Shown: positions 38,615 through 52,278, counted from the stretch's first letter. The stretch: DNA of 64,000 nt from Lama guanicoe (GCA_013239625.1 MU053376.1:2096507-2160506), one strand, 5' to 3'. Notes: generated by a model from the letters alone, not told the origin. Numbers and translations are program-made.

Positions 38615-38911
38615 GTAAACATAATACTACAAGCGCCTTCCATTGCCGGGAAATAACCTCTGTGGTCTAGAAGGGAAACCTTGCTCCTGGCAAACAGGCA
38701 AAGCCATGTCTTACCAGAGTGGGTGAGCAGTTGCCTTGGGGACCCCCTTGAACTTGTTGGCTGAGCAGACCAGGGATTTGGGATCTGGAAGGGATCTGGA
38801 GCCTTTCAGGGACCACCCGCAAACACTATTCTCTTTTTAATGCCCCTTTCGGCATTTCCTGTCCCTGGACCTTTTCAAAATGGCTCTCTAGGATTTGGGG
38901 ACAGCGCTTGG

Positions 38912-39885
38912 CTTGTGGTTTGGCGGCATGCTCACCTGTGCCTGGGAGGGTGACCTTCCCCCAGATACCAGCTTTGAAGCTCTAGGTGGAAAGTGGATGG
39001 CACTCAGGCCCTCAGTAGGATAGACGTTCACGGGTCGAGACTTCCGTATTGCAAATGGCCAGAAACCATCTTAAAACACAGCCCAACAACTTTGCAGAAG
39101 TCCAGGGTGATCTTAGAAGCAAACTAAAACTGCTCTCCTGGGCGGCTGTCCTACACTCATTTTGCCTTCCTGGGTTAGTTGAAGGTAATCTAAAGGGGTT
39201 TGCATGTGTTCCCTAATGGGGTTGTATGTGCGTGACACCCAGCACGCCCGAGTTCCCTGGCCTCACCCTCCCAGTTGCAGCCATGTATCTGCCACGGATA
39301 TGGTGGGAGTGGAGACAGAACTCTGTTTATTTATTTGTTTTGTTATTTAGGTGAGAGGTCCTTGGAGAGGTTGCCTCAAAGGGCCTATTTGTAGACAGAA
39401 GGGAGCTGTTAAATTTCACAGGGTTGTGCAGGCCCATCATTAATTTAGCAGTCCTACACCAAGTAGAATTAACCAAAAGCATCCCCAGACCTGACTCTGG
39501 GGCCTCAATGGTTAATAATTCATCTTGCCTGTGGGCCCTGAATTCGCTGGGTTCTGAAGTCAAACAAATGCACTGGACATTTTGATTGCGGGAGGACACC
39601 CAAGAATCAGAGGAGAGGTTTTGATTTTAGTGCTTGCAGGAATCAACTAAATAAATAAAGCAGACCCCTGGAACCAGCACCTGTGTCGGGGGCACCCCTT
39701 CATGAGGCTGGTGAGCAATGCTTGTTCCTTGTGGTTTGTGGCATGCTCACCTGTGCCTGGGAAGGTGACCTTCCCCCAAATTCCAGCTCTGGAAGCTCTA
39801 GGTGAAAAAGTGGATGGCACCTAGGCCCTTCATAGAATAAACATTCACAGGTTGAGACTTCCGTATTGCAAATGGCCAGAAACCA
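38912..39885 (+). repeat. Local direct duplication of about 157 bp (38912-39068 and 39728-39885)
   Basis: Collinear copies, roughly 85% identical by eye, with an identical 32-bp end GAGACTTCCGTATTGCAAATGGCCAGAAACCA. Confidence 0.92.
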
Positions 39886-39996
39886 ACGCGCAGTTTGGGG
39901 GCAGGGATAGGGAGGGCTCATGCAGAAAGCATGGCTGCAGAGGGGACGTGTCCAGCTCTCACTTCGGATCCTTGCCTCATTGTGTGGAAGCCCCTC

Positions 39997-40033
39997 CACA
40001 CACACACACGCACACACACACACACACACACAC
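39997..40033. repeat. (CA)n microsatellite
   Basis: CA run with one CG interruption. Confidence 0.92.
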
Positions 40034-40067
40034 AAGGGCACTCCAGCTATCTGGGATCTTTATTTAG

Positions 40068-40243
40068 ACTAGTGGTTCTCACTGGCACACTGGAGTTACC
40101 GCCAAGCTTTGGAAAATGTAGGGTACACTGGGGCCCCGAGCTGGGGAGTCTGATTTAATTGGTCTGGGGTGTAGCCTGGGCATGAAGATTTTGAAAATCT
40201 CCCCAGGTAATTCTGATATGCAACTGAGGTTGAGAACCATAGC
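40068..40243. mobile_element. MER5A-like hAT MITE
   Basis: Termini AGTGGTTCTCA ... TTGAGAACCAT; internal TCTGATTTAATTGGTCTGGGGTG and CCCCAGGTAATTCTGAT. Confidence 0.82.
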
Positions 40244-43200
40244 TCTCAAGAGTTCTGCTGCTGCCTGGGACGGAAATGGTTCCTGTTTTTAGAACAAAGT
40301 TTAGCTGTTACACTCACTGCCGGCCAGGCTGTAAGCCCTCGGGCCCAGAAGGTGGGCTTTTTACATGATTGGGTAGAGGAAGGGGCACTGCAGGGCTGAG
40401 GTGTCTTCCACTTGGCAAACGAAAAAGGTAGGTGTTTCTGGTTTGTCTTGAGAGAAGTAGAAATATCTTAGAATAAAATATGCTGGGGTGGAGTGGGGAT
40501 AGGGGTGACTTGTTCCTTGGCCCAAATAGCCTTCTCTCTTCATTTGCCCCCAAACTCCCCTTCCTAGCATCACTCCTGAACATACACATTTGGGTTGGCA
40601 CCCACATTGACTCTTTCTTTGCTTCTTGAATCCATTGCAGGTCATGAGGTCTCTGCGTATCTTCCTACTTCATTTTGCCCAAGTCTGTAAGCCTGCAGAG
40701 GGCAGGAATCCCTCCTAAAACATTGATTTCGTTGAACCCCAAGGGGAGAAGGATAAATGCTTCAAAGAAGGACAGAGTGGTGGGCATGGCCCATGTCTCC
40801 CTGGCCTCTGCCTAGAAGGGCCTTGAGCGGAGGGTCAGAACTGCTGCTGGGGACAGTTTCCCTCAGCACCAGACTGGCCATCTGCACAGCACCCTTCAGG
40901 GAGGCAGGGGGGCTGGGCCACCTCTCATGGGGAGCAAGTGCTCGGGGGGGCCCCTGCTAATTGTGAAGGGGTGCATGTGATTGACTTAGGAACTGGGGAA
41001 GCTTCATCCACGTATTTCAGTCTCGCGTCCTCTGGCGTATTTTTCCACCTTGAATAACATTTCAGCTCTCTCTCCTCCCTTGGCATCACTTCTGGAAAGG
41101 GTTTCAGAGAGATCTGCCTATCCTGACTCCATTCTGACCCCTAACAATGCTTTTTTTCCTACCCGAAGAGAGATCGCATCTGAGCTCCTAGGAGAATTTC
41201 TCCTTCCTGTCTCCAAGGAAAGGCGTTTATGTTTCCCGGTTGCTGAGAGACTGAGGCCCCCACTCAGGAAAGGCCGAGCTGGCTTCTATAAATAGCCTTG
41301 TCAGAACAACCTGTATCTGCCACCCAGCGGCATGTGCCTGGCTGGCGCGGAGCTGTGGGGACCCGTCCTGCTGTTCTGGGAGCCTTCACTGGCCTGGCCT
41401 CCAGGGAGTTCCGGAGACCTCTCTCCAGCCCCTTTGGTGGGAGTTGGGAGGGTGGGGAAGGCTCCCATTCACAGAGAGGAGCCCCTGCAGGTGGAGAGGC
41501 AGCAGCAGAGGAAATGGGGCCAGGCCCTGGGCCCCGGCTGGTTCTCGCCTTTCAGAAAAAGGCAGCTTCCTGGGGCCTCGGGCCTCCTCTGAGAGGGGCA
41601 GGGAGACCTGATTTTCAGTCTCATGGTTTCCGGGTCCTGAGGTGGTGCTCTGTGGGGACGCCCCCCTTGGCTGCTGGGCATGATTAGGGTCATGTGTCCA
41701 AATGGGGCTCCTGATGGCTTGGGAGAAACCCAGCCTGTGTGCTCAGACGTTCGAGCTGCTCTCGGGAAGGCACTCACATGGTCACCCAGGCTAAGACATT
41801 GGAATCTGGGTGTGGGGGCTGCTCATTCAAGGTCACACAGCACGTTCATGATGGACCCAGGGTTAGAACCTACATCTCTCATCTCCCAGCCCAGAGATTT
41901 TTCTGCTTTAGTCCTACAAAAGGCAAGATTTGGTGATTTGTGGGTCTGAGGGCTGGGACCTCTGGCCATGGCTGCCAGCTGCTCCTTTACTCCTGTCTGG
42001 GAGCTGACCCTGGAAGTGAGACCAACTTCCGCTCCCATCAGTTCCCCCGGATGCCTGCCGGGGGCAGCAGTTTAGAGTTTTGACCTCTGAGCAGGGACAG
42101 GGCACTTTGAGCTCTCTCTCTGCATGTGCCACAGGCTCCAGGACTCTGGAGTCACCCAGAGCATCAGGGTGAGTGCTCGGAGGACACAAAGCCCACTGCT
42201 TACAGAGCTGGAATGAACCGGCTCTAGCTCCTCACCTTACAGATGGAGAAACTGAGGCCCAGAGAGACTGGAGGACTTCACCAGGCCAAATATCTGGTTG
42301 GGTGGAGCCAAGACTGACACCCCTCTTGGGCATCTCATCAAGTGCTCTTTGTGCTTCTTCTCATTCTGAGGGTGACTGGGACGAGCTGCAGTCCTTGTCC
42401 TCTCAGAATCTTCTACAAAATGGAAAGACCCAAACAGCCTCAGGCTAGGAAAGGGTTGAAGGGTCCTTACCATCCCTCCACTCCGTGAGGGCCTCACCCG
42501 CCCTCCATTCCTAAGGCAAACTGGCCAAGGAACATTCCCTCTACACTTAAACCTAGCAGGGGGTCCCTGTCATCAGTTCTAGAATCTTACACCTTTAATT
42601 GTTTAAAAGTTCTTCTTAGTATCTATCCTAGAGTACTGCTTGCTGTATCTTCCTCATGTGTGTTTTCTTTGTGGATATGGAAGACGGAAGGTTGGCTCTA
42701 TCTATGGTTAAATATTATACTTAAGCACAGCTGGAACACTCTCTCATCCTACCCCCAACACACGCCCAGGCCTTCTCTGGTCTCCATTGACAGCACTGAT
42801 TCTTGAAAAATTCAAGGAAGATGCAAAGAAAAAGTGGGCAGTCTCAGAGGTCAGAGTATGAAGACACTCCTGGCTCCGTGCCTGCACTTGTCCCATCTCC
42901 TCTTGCCTGGCCAGTCGGCCCCTCCCTGGTCAGGGCCTCTGTGGCACTCCAGGGACATCTTCCAAGCTGGACCGCCCTGGGACCAGTCACGGAAACCCGC
43001 ATCTCTCCGCCAGCAGCAGGGGGGGGCCTCAGGCACAGCACCTGCCCTGGACCTTCTTGGCATGAGAGATAAGAAAAGGGTGCTAAAAATAAGTTCGTTC
43101 CAAATTTGAGCAATATAGATAAAATTAAAATCTTCAGAACCTTTGAGCCATATAACTGCTTTATTATATGCTATCTCAGAAGCCCACACAGCCCAGGACT

Positions 43201-43444
43201 CACCTCAAAAGACTCTTCGTGCTCTCACAATTATGCAAGAGCCTTCCTTCTGGGCTGCAGCCTCTGCTCCCCTCCTGTGGGATTTACTGCCTATTGCCTC
43301 TCTGGCCTTTCCTGGTGTTGCTTTTCTCCATGAAGATGGTAAGTCCCGTTAGGTCGGAACTCGCATCCCGTACTGGTTACAAAAGCAGGCACTGCGTAAA
43401 TGCATGTTGAGTTCCGTTGCTCCATCATCTCTCGGGCATCCTAC

Positions 43445-43750
43445 GTAATCGGGATGGACTAACTGTAGTAACCAACAGCCCCCATTATTTTCCGTCGTTG
43501 AACATAATAGAAGTCAGTTTCCCTCTTTAAGTAAAGTTACATTGGCAGGTAGGGCTCAGGATAACACATGAGATTTTGTGGGCCAGGCCTGGAAGTGGTG
43601 TGTGTGTGTATTTTACACCCATGTGCCATTGGCCAGAATTCGGTCACATGCCCACACCTAACCACAAGGAGGCTGGGAAATGAAGTACAGCTGTGAGCCC
43701 AGGTGGACCAGGAAGCCGGTTGTGGTGAACACTTAGCTGTCTCTGCCACG
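43445..43750. mobile_element. Old MaLR LTR remnant (MLT1J/K-like)
   Basis: CCATTGGCCAGAATTCGGTCACATGCCCACACCTAACCACAAGGAGGCTGGGAAATG is a typical MLT1J motif. Confidence 0.7.
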
Positions 43751-46700
43751 CATGCCTCCTCCCACCCTCTCTGCCCAACCGCCTTTGGAAGCTCTGCTCT
43801 GCTTTCTTGGTGAAGGGCCATAAGCTCTGTCTCTTTGACCTTGTACCTCTCCATCTGTCACCAAGGATGTGCTGTTCCTGGGGTGGGTCCTGTCTCCCCC
43901 ACTACACTGGGAACTTTTTGAGGACAGGTGTTTTTCCTTACTCAGCACTTCCCTCGTTCTTCTGTAGCATCTAGAAGCCTCCAGTGGTGCTGAAAGGTTG
44001 GCCCTGCCCTCTGACATCAGAACCTTTTTGGATCACTTTTGAAAATGATGGGTCAAGGACCCCACTCTAGACTTACTGGCTTCTGAGTTTTTGGAGGTAG
44101 AGCCCTCAAATCTGCTTTTTAAATGCTTCCCCCGGGTGATTCTTGTATATACAGAAGTCTAGGAACCACCTGTTTAGGAAATATTTGGTAATTAACTGAC
44201 GACTTCAGTTGGAATGCAAGATGAGCACTTCTCACAGATTCCAGAGGTTCCTAGGCTGGGAACCCAGAAGGTAAAAGGATCTGTCCCTGGTCACACAGCT
44301 AAGCAGAGACAGAGCCAAGGCCTCAGGCCCCCTGGGTCCCTGCTCAGAGCTGTCCCCATTGCTCTCACCACAACGTGCCGACCAGGGATGTTGAGGGGAC
44401 AGCCCTTTGTGATCGTGACCGGTGTGTGATGTAACAGACACAGCACAGAACTGTAAGCCAAGTCCTGGCCTCTCATCCCAGCCCCAGCTCTGAACTGAGG
44501 GGCTGTGGCCAAAACACTGCAACCCTCCAGACTCAGGCTCTTTGTTGGTCCTTCAACGAGTGTGAAATGAGCCTGTCCATCTTCCTTCTTTAACTGAGAA
44601 TCCCTCACCAGTCTGCTCGGGAGCAGAACCTTGTGGGGCTGGGAGAGATACTAGGTCCTGAGTACCAAGTTCTCTAAGTTGTAAGGACTTTCCTAAGGTG
44701 GGGTTGAGATGAGGGCCTGAATGGCTGACGTGAGCCCCCTCTCCAGGACCACCTGGGACTTACCCATCCTCACCTCTGTGGTCCAGATTCCTCCCTCCCA
44801 CCCATCCCTCTGTCTTCACAAGTTTAGACTGCTTATCCTGACTCAGCTGGCTTTTCCCTTTAAAGTGATTCCAGTTACAGCTCAGGGCACATGCAATAGC
44901 CATTCACCCACACAGTTTAGGGAGAAAGGAAAAACAGTTTCACACCAGTATCCATCCTGAATCCCAGCTCTTAGTTCACCCCATCAGGTTGGACTCTGGA
45001 TCCCACTTCCAGCCCATGAACTTGACGGGGAGGCACCATCAGGCCCAACCTGGCTGCCCAGCAGCCTGTGTTCCCTTCCCTCCACTGCTCCTGACTCGCC
45101 AGGTAACCCACACCTGTGTGCTCGCTGGCTTTGGGATACTCCTGTGTGGAGGACCAAGACCTGTCTCCATCCAGGATCTTGGTTTCCTCTTCTGGATGGC
45201 TCCACCTACCCATAAAAGAGCATGGGGACCCAGTCCTGGCATAGCGTATTCTCTGGGGACAGGAGGACCAGACGAACTTGCCAAGAATCAGGAGCATTTA
45301 ATTTCAGGGCCAGCAGGAAGAAGGGAGCTGTCAGGGCAGAAAACTTCAGGTTTGCCTCGCTGAGCCTGTGGCTTCTGTCCGTGGTGCTGTCCTGGTCCCT
45401 CGTCTCGTCTCTTCTCCTGCCCCACCCCAGCTTTACTTTTCATGTCCCAGCCTCCATCCACATCTCACCTCACTCCTTGCCTCTAGAACAAAATTTTCTG
45501 TAGCCCATTGCAGGTCTCCCATGCCCCTCAGATGCCTGAAGTTTAATATGTACAGAACCAGCTCATAGCTTTGCCTATACTGATTTCTCTCCCTGCCTCT
45601 GCCCCACCCTCCTAATCCTCCACCTTGAAACCTCAGGAGTCTCCCCCATCATCCCTTCCATCCAGTCTGTCACTGTGTTCAGATGTCGACCTCTCCTTTC
45701 TGTGCCCTGCCCTACCCAGTGTTGGGTGCTTGTCACCTCTCCCGTAGATGCTCCAGGTCACCCAGCTGGCTTCCATCCTGTGTCTACCCCTTCTGTGTAC
45801 CCTGCGTTCAGTTGCCAGGGGCATATATCATCCTGGCATCCCAAAGCCTTCAGAGCCTCCCTTTTGCTTCCAGAAAAAAAGCCCACACTTTGTTCCTGCT
45901 CTTTCTGTAGCATCTAAAACCCTGCAATGCCTGGCCTCCATCAAGACATTGTGTGTATACCTTCCATATAGCCTGAGCACTGGGGATGGGAGAGGCAGAG
46001 ATGGATAAAATGCGATCTTCACACTTAAAGAAAGACCTATGGCCTCAGCCACATTATGAGACAGACCTTCGTTGCTCCCCTTCCCTACCCATGAAGTGTC
46101 TGGATCGGGGCTCCTGGACAGGGGGTCATCCACAGGGGAGACACTCTGCATGTGCCCCGCGGCCACATGGCTTTCATCAGGATGTGGCAGCAGCTCCCAA
46201 GACGGGAGGATGGAGGGGCTGGCTCCCAGAGTCAGAGAACTCGGGCATAAATAGCCCAGGAAGGGGCTGGGGACAGACTGGCAGTGACAGAGCTGTAGCC
46301 GCCGCTGGCAGGATTAGAGGAGATTAACTTTTCCTCTGAAAAGCAGAGACTCCTGGAGCTGGAGGAGGCTCTTAGGGGTCATTACAGCCAATCCCCTGTT
46401 TCCGAGCAGGCCTGCTTGTAACCCATCACTGGCAGAGGGAGGGGTGCTGTGCTCTTGACCACCGCCCTCCTGCAACCCAGTTATCAGTCCTTCCTTGTCC
46501 ACGGTGCTAGACAGTGACTCCAGCTGGTTGGATCCCTGCTATGGGTGAGGCTACAATCCGAGGGGAAAAAAATGTAGGTAGGGCGGCCACAGAGCCTTTA
46601 TGCCTGACGGACCACACGGGCAGAATTTCCCTTGCTATCAAGTTCAGTGAGGTAGTATGTGGGAGGGTGTTAGCCGAGGGCCAGTCCCCCACTCCATGCT

Positions 46701-48395
46701 CGTCCAACTCCAAAACACATGCCCTTCCCACCACACACATGGCATCTTGGGTGAGAGTCAAGTTTCAGAAGACTTTCAAATAAGCTCAGACCCCCCAGCT
46801 CTAGGCTGCTGACCTGCCACGCGAAGCTCTTTTTCTCATTCAGCCAACTTCCTGATGCTAAAATGCTAAAATCCGTGTGTTCCTGTTCTGGTCTTGGGAC
46901 GTCTGGGTCGCCACACTCTTATCAACATCACATCATCAACCTCCCAGACCGTGAGCCCCTCCTTCTCCTTCTCTCCTCCCAGCTCTCCCCCAGAGTGAGG
47001 AGCGGGGTTGGGCTGTCCCCAACGCCGTGATGTAGGTGACAAGGGGTGCTCGGGCTGCAGGGCCCGCTGTTGGCCGGAACACGTGGAGAGGCAGGAGGCA
47101 GGCATAACCTCCCTACTCACACATGGCTGGGAAAGTGTGCCTTATTAGCGAGGAGGATGTGGGAGCTGGTGGGTCCGGGGTGTTTGGAGAGCATTTCCAG
47201 TTGCAACTTGACGTTCCCTTCTTTGTGCTCCCCGAACACCGGCGTACCCTTCTCCTGGCCCTCATTTCGATGGGCTGTAATTTTCCCAACGAGGGACCAT
47301 ATCTTGTTCATCGTTGTGTCCTCGGCACATGGTAGGCGCTTAATGCACATCTGATAAAGGAGTGGGCTTGGAGCTTCTTTCTCAAAAAGCTTCTTTCCCT
47401 CAGAGGCAGCAGGGACTCCCTGGGGGACACGTGCATAGCGCCTTAGGCAAAGTATGTGAAAGCTGATCTCGGGTAATTTTAGAGGGTAGCTTGCTAAGGT
47501 TCTGGATGCAGAATCGATGGATTTTTCCAGTAACTCCGAGAAGAAAAATCTCACTGAGTGAGCAAAAAATACAAGGACAACTTTCCAAACATAGAACGGC
47601 CCCCTCCACCCCATTTGTGATTGCTCAGCCGTTTGCCCTGGAGGGTGAGGGCACGCAGGGCTGGGTCACTAAGCAACTGGGCCCTGGCACCTGCTGGCAG
47701 GAGTTGGCGTGGTGCTTCCTCAAGTGCGGCCTCCCGGGGGGTTGGAGCAGAGAGGCTATGCAAGGAGGCGGGAGAGCCCACGCTAATGGCTGTCTCCTGT
47801 CTGCCCTTCCACCTAGCGGAGTGGCAGGTTGAGGGAGGGAGGAACCAACACACTTTCAATTGTTTTACTTTGAGCAAATGAAGGTCCCAGTTTGGTGATC
47901 CCAGTGGTTTGAGCATTCTCAGCCAGCCCAGATGGAGTGGGCAGGGGCCCCAGGCCCTCACGTGAGCCCGACACTGGGCCTGGAACCCTAGCCCCCAGCC
48001 TCCACTCCGGGCGACCTCAGGAAGCGTGCTCATCACTCTCAGCCTCACTTTCTCCCTCTATGAAACAGGGAGACCTCCCCCTCCAGTGGAGAGTAATCAC
48101 TAGAGGAAGGCCCTACATCTGGCCGTGAGAACGCAGTGGGGGCTCCTGGGCTTGGGATGGTGATAAAGTCCGTTCAGAGAAACGCAAATGGGTGTCGAAT
48201 TGTGACGTGAGGAGGTGGGGTGCTTGGCTGGGGCACGTAAGAGGTACAAGGCTCTGTTCACAGAAAGAGAAAGGGCAGGAGCTGGGGGTCTGCTGGGAAA
48301 TGGTGAGAACGGAGAATGATGACAGTTAATTACTGGGCCTTGATGTGTGCCAGGCGCTGTTCTAAGTGTCCAGACTCACTTAATCCTCACGACGA

Positions 48396-48586
48396 CAGTT
48401 GACCCTTGCACAACGTGGGTTTGAACTGCATAGGGCTACTTATACGTGGATATTTTTCACTAGTAAATACAACAGTACAACACCATCTGTAGTTGGCTGA
48501 ATCACGGATGCAGAAGGACCGAGGATGCTGAGGGCCCACTATGAGTTATATGTGGATTAACCCCTGCATTGTTTAAGGGTCAGCTG
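48396..48586. mobile_element. Tigger-family MITE (Tigger2/MER8-like) nested in a MIR
   Basis: Terminal inverted repeats CAGTTGACCCTTGCACAA and TTGTTTAAGGGTCAGCTG followed by TA; MIR sequence on both flanks (about 48320-48395 and 48590-48690). Confidence 0.82.
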
Positions 48587-50244
48587 TATGTATGGTTTCC
48601 ATTTAATGGTGAGGAAACTGAGGCACTGAAGGGGTCAGGGGTCACATGGTAGTCAGGGGCAGATCCAGAACCTGGGCCCGAGTAGTTTAGTGCTGGAGCC
48701 CCCGGCCCCTGAGGGGCTGCCTCTCCTACAGCTCTCTCCAGAATTACCCAAGTCGTTGAAGCCCCGGCAGGGAGGCCAGGAAATGCCCACAGATGCAGCC
48801 CCATGTCCACGCATTCGTCTTGGAGTCACTGAGGTCAGTGCCCTTTGTCAAGCCATTTAGGAGACAGGAAACCAGATGTCCCCAACCCTGAGCCTTTATG
48901 ACATGATGAGAGGATACACACGTGCAAAGACCTTGAGCCGCTCAGTTACCAACTAAGATGCGATTCAGTGTCACAAAGTAATCCCCAAGCAGCAACGGAG
49001 GGAGGGGTGGGGTTAGCAGGGCAAGCAGCACGGAGACAGAGACGAGAGGGCGTGTGTGGGCCAGTTGGGGGGGGCTCCAGCACCGGCGCCAGCCCAGCCT
49101 GCAAAGCTGAAGGCAGTGGGGTGGGGGGTTCCAGTGAGAGGGGAGCTGAGAAGGACCGACTCCCTGCAGCAGAGCAGAACAGCTGGTGTCTCCAGCCGCC
49201 CCTCCCCTCCTAGCAAACCTGGTCAGTGAGAATACGCGGGGAGCTGGGTACCAGCTCCCACCTGCTGCTCACCACCTCAGAATCCTCTGAATCCTTTACG
49301 GCGCCAAACGCCCTGTCCCACAGGAAGCTGGTCCTGAACTGGAGGCAGCATGTGTGGGAGGGGGTGCACGTGCAGCCCTGGCGCCCACGTCCTGCACCTC
49401 CCGGGGAAGGGCCTACATCACAGCACACGAGCTGGACTCCCAGAGCCACCCGTCTCTCATGACCTAGTGACTCTCCAGGGTCTGACTCTGTGGCTCTCAG
49501 AGCATGTGGGATCCTACACGAAGCTGAGGAGCCCTGTGTTCAAAGCATTCTTGGGCAGAGAAGGCCACTAGGTGAGAGTGAGGGAGCGATGTGGAGGTGG
49601 GGATGGAAAACTCCGAAGGCGAACTGGTACCCAGCTCCCAGCTCAATGACTTCAAGAGAATTCCACGACTCTGTGGCCTGTAGGAGAAAGAAGAGAGAAT
49701 GTGGCCCCCAATCTTCCTTTGCTGTGCTGTCCATTTCTCTAGGGGTGTATGAGGTTGGAAAGGCAGACGTAGCTCCTCGCCCGTGGCCAGCCATGATGGA
49801 GTCGGGGAGAGTGTCTGAAGTGGGTTGGGAGGTACCCACTGCTTGAGTCACCTGATGACTCAGTTTCTGCAGAATGTGGGTGATTGGACTGTTCATCCCA
49901 AGGTCCTTCCGGATCTCTGAGCCCAGGCTTCTTTGCCCCTGAGCTCCCCCGTGGAGAGTCTTGAGAGGCTGTTAGGCCCTCACCTAGCTGCAGTGGCTCC
50001 TCTGAGCCGGGCTGGGCTGTCCAGGGCATCCCTAGTGGTCACCCAACTGTCAGTGACCTGGCAGGAGGTGCCTGGGCCTAGGAGAAGAGCCTGGTCCTGG
50101 AGGTCCTGGGATGGGGGCCAACTTGCTTAGAAGCAGGATTGTCTCCTCACTTTCCTGGAATATAGAAATAAGGGACACTCCTGACTTTAGGGACACCAGT
50201 TGAAACCAGCTGATTACGTGGCCTCCATGTTCCCCTGCTCTTGA

Positions 50245-51395
50245 AATCTTTTTTTATTGTAATAAAATATATATAGCATAAAATTTACCATTTTAACCAT
50301 TTTTAAGTGTATAGTTCTGTGGTGTTAAGTACTTTCACATTGTAGTACAACCATCACCACCATCCCCCTCCAGAACTTTTGCATCTTCTGAATTCTGTAC
50401 CCGTGAGACAGTAACTTCTCGTTCCCTCCTCCCCACGGTGCCTGGCAACCACGTTCTGCTTTCTGTCTCTTTGAATCTGATTACTCTAAGAACCTCACAT
50501 AGGGGGGATCACGAAGTATTTGTCCTTCTGTAACTAGCTTATTTCACTTAGCATAATGTCTTCAAGTCCATCCATGTTGTAGCCTGTGTCAGAATTTCCT
50601 TCCTGTTTATGGATGAGTAATGTTCCATTGTATGTATACACCACACTTCGTTTATCCAGTCACCCACGAGTGTGCCACTTCCGTGTTTTGGCTGTTGTGA
50701 ACAGTGCTATGAACGTGAGTGTACAAATATCTGTTCAAGTCCTTGCTTTCCCTTCTTTTGGGTGTATGTCCAGAAATGGCATCGCTGGATCACATGGGAA
50801 TTTCATGTTTAATCTTTTGAGGAATCGCTGTACCATTTTCCATAGCAGCTTTTGCCATTTTTCACTCCCACCAGCAACACACATGGGTTGTTATTTTCTG
50901 TGTTCTTGATAATAGCCAACCTAATAGGTGTGAGATGGCATCTCATTGTGGCTTTGATTTGCATTTCCCTAATGACTAGTGATGTCGAACATCTTTTCAT
51001 GTGCTTATTGGCCATTTGTATGTCTTCTTTGGAGAATTGTCTGTTCAGGTCCTTTGTACATTTTTTAAATTAGGTTGTCTATTTTTTAACTTCTTTTTTA
51101 TGGCTGAGTAGTATTCCATTGTATAAATATACCACTTCTTTATCCAGTCATCTGTTAATGGACATTTAGGTTATTTCCATGTCTTGGCTATTGTAAATAG
51201 TGCTGCTGTGAACAAGACTTTTTTTATAATGGAGGCACTGGGGATTCAACCCAGGACTTCGTGCATGCTAAGCATGCACTCTACCACTGAGCTATACCCA
51301 TCCCCTCCTAGGTTGGTTGTTTGTTTATTGTTGAGTTACTTGAGCTCCTTATATATTTTGGTTATTGATCCCTTGTCAGACATCTGATATGCAAT
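50245..51395 (-). mobile_element. Old L1M (3' ORF2/3'UTR) interrupted by a younger composite insertion
   Basis: ORF 50809-51015 ([36 protein letters not shown]) is a typical L1 ORF2 C-terminal peptide; L1 3'UTR motifs at 50250-50600. Confidence 0.9.
51219..51308 (-). mobile_element. tRNA-Ala-derived SINE head, part of a composite insertion (51078-51308) in an older L1
   Basis: GGGATTCAACCCAGGACTTCGTGCATGCTAAGCATGCACTCTACCACTGAGCTATACCC is the reverse complement of a tRNA-Ala(AGC)-like head. Confidence 0.88.
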
Positions 51396-52193
51396 GAAAT
51401 CCTCTTTAAATTGGTTCTGAGAGAGCCAAGTCCAGCCTTTGGAGAGACTGGGGTCTAGGACCAGGTTTTGGGACCCACCCACTCACCTTGCCCACCAGCA
51501 TCCCTAATTCACTTTGCAGTACTCTGGCCCTGAGCTCTCTGGGAATGCCGAGATCAAAAAGGTACAATTCCTAGCTCTGGAGTGCTTATGGTGTTATGTG
51601 GAAGACAGGCTTTGACATAATTCATAATACTACAAAGAGGATGAAGTCTGTGCTAGAACAGTTGGGGCATAAGTGATGCTGTTGGAAAGCCCACTAATTC
51701 TGGACAGAAGTAGGCAATTGAGGCAAGTATCCCCAAAAGATATGTCAGCTCCAGGGGTGCAAATCCTCTCAGAAGAGAAGGAGGACTTCTTGGGTTGAAT
51801 GATCCAAGTAAGGTGTCAGGGAGGCTGAAAGGAGACAGGGGCCTAGAGGAAACCCAGTGAAGAAGACCAACCTGAAACAAGACCTTCTTGTGCCCTAAAA
51901 ACTCTTGAGAGCACAAGAGAGTGGCCCAAGGGAAATCCCTGTGGCCACTGCGGTGGGATGGGTGTCACCCTATTCTGCCTGGATTCACACATTAGACCTC
52001 TGAGCTTAAAAGGGGGCTTCCTGAAGGCCCAGGAGAGGGGATAACAGGAATGGAAGAGGTTTACATCATCTACCCTCAGAAATGCAGGTGCCTCCTCCAG
52101 CTCCCAGTGCTCAGAAGTAGGTAGCTGCAAGGAGCCCTATAGGGCCCGTGTACAATCCTGGAATCTTTAATTTCCCTATATTTGTTTTTGGGT

Positions 52194-52230
52194 TGTGTGT
52201 GTGTGTGTGTGTGTGTGTGTGCATGTGTGT
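52194..52230. repeat. (TG)n microsatellite
   Basis: About 13 pure TG units followed by CATGTGTGT. Confidence 0.92.
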
Positions 52231-52278
52231 CTCTTTTTGCTTCTATGTGTTTTATTCAATTCATTAGGCAAATATTGG

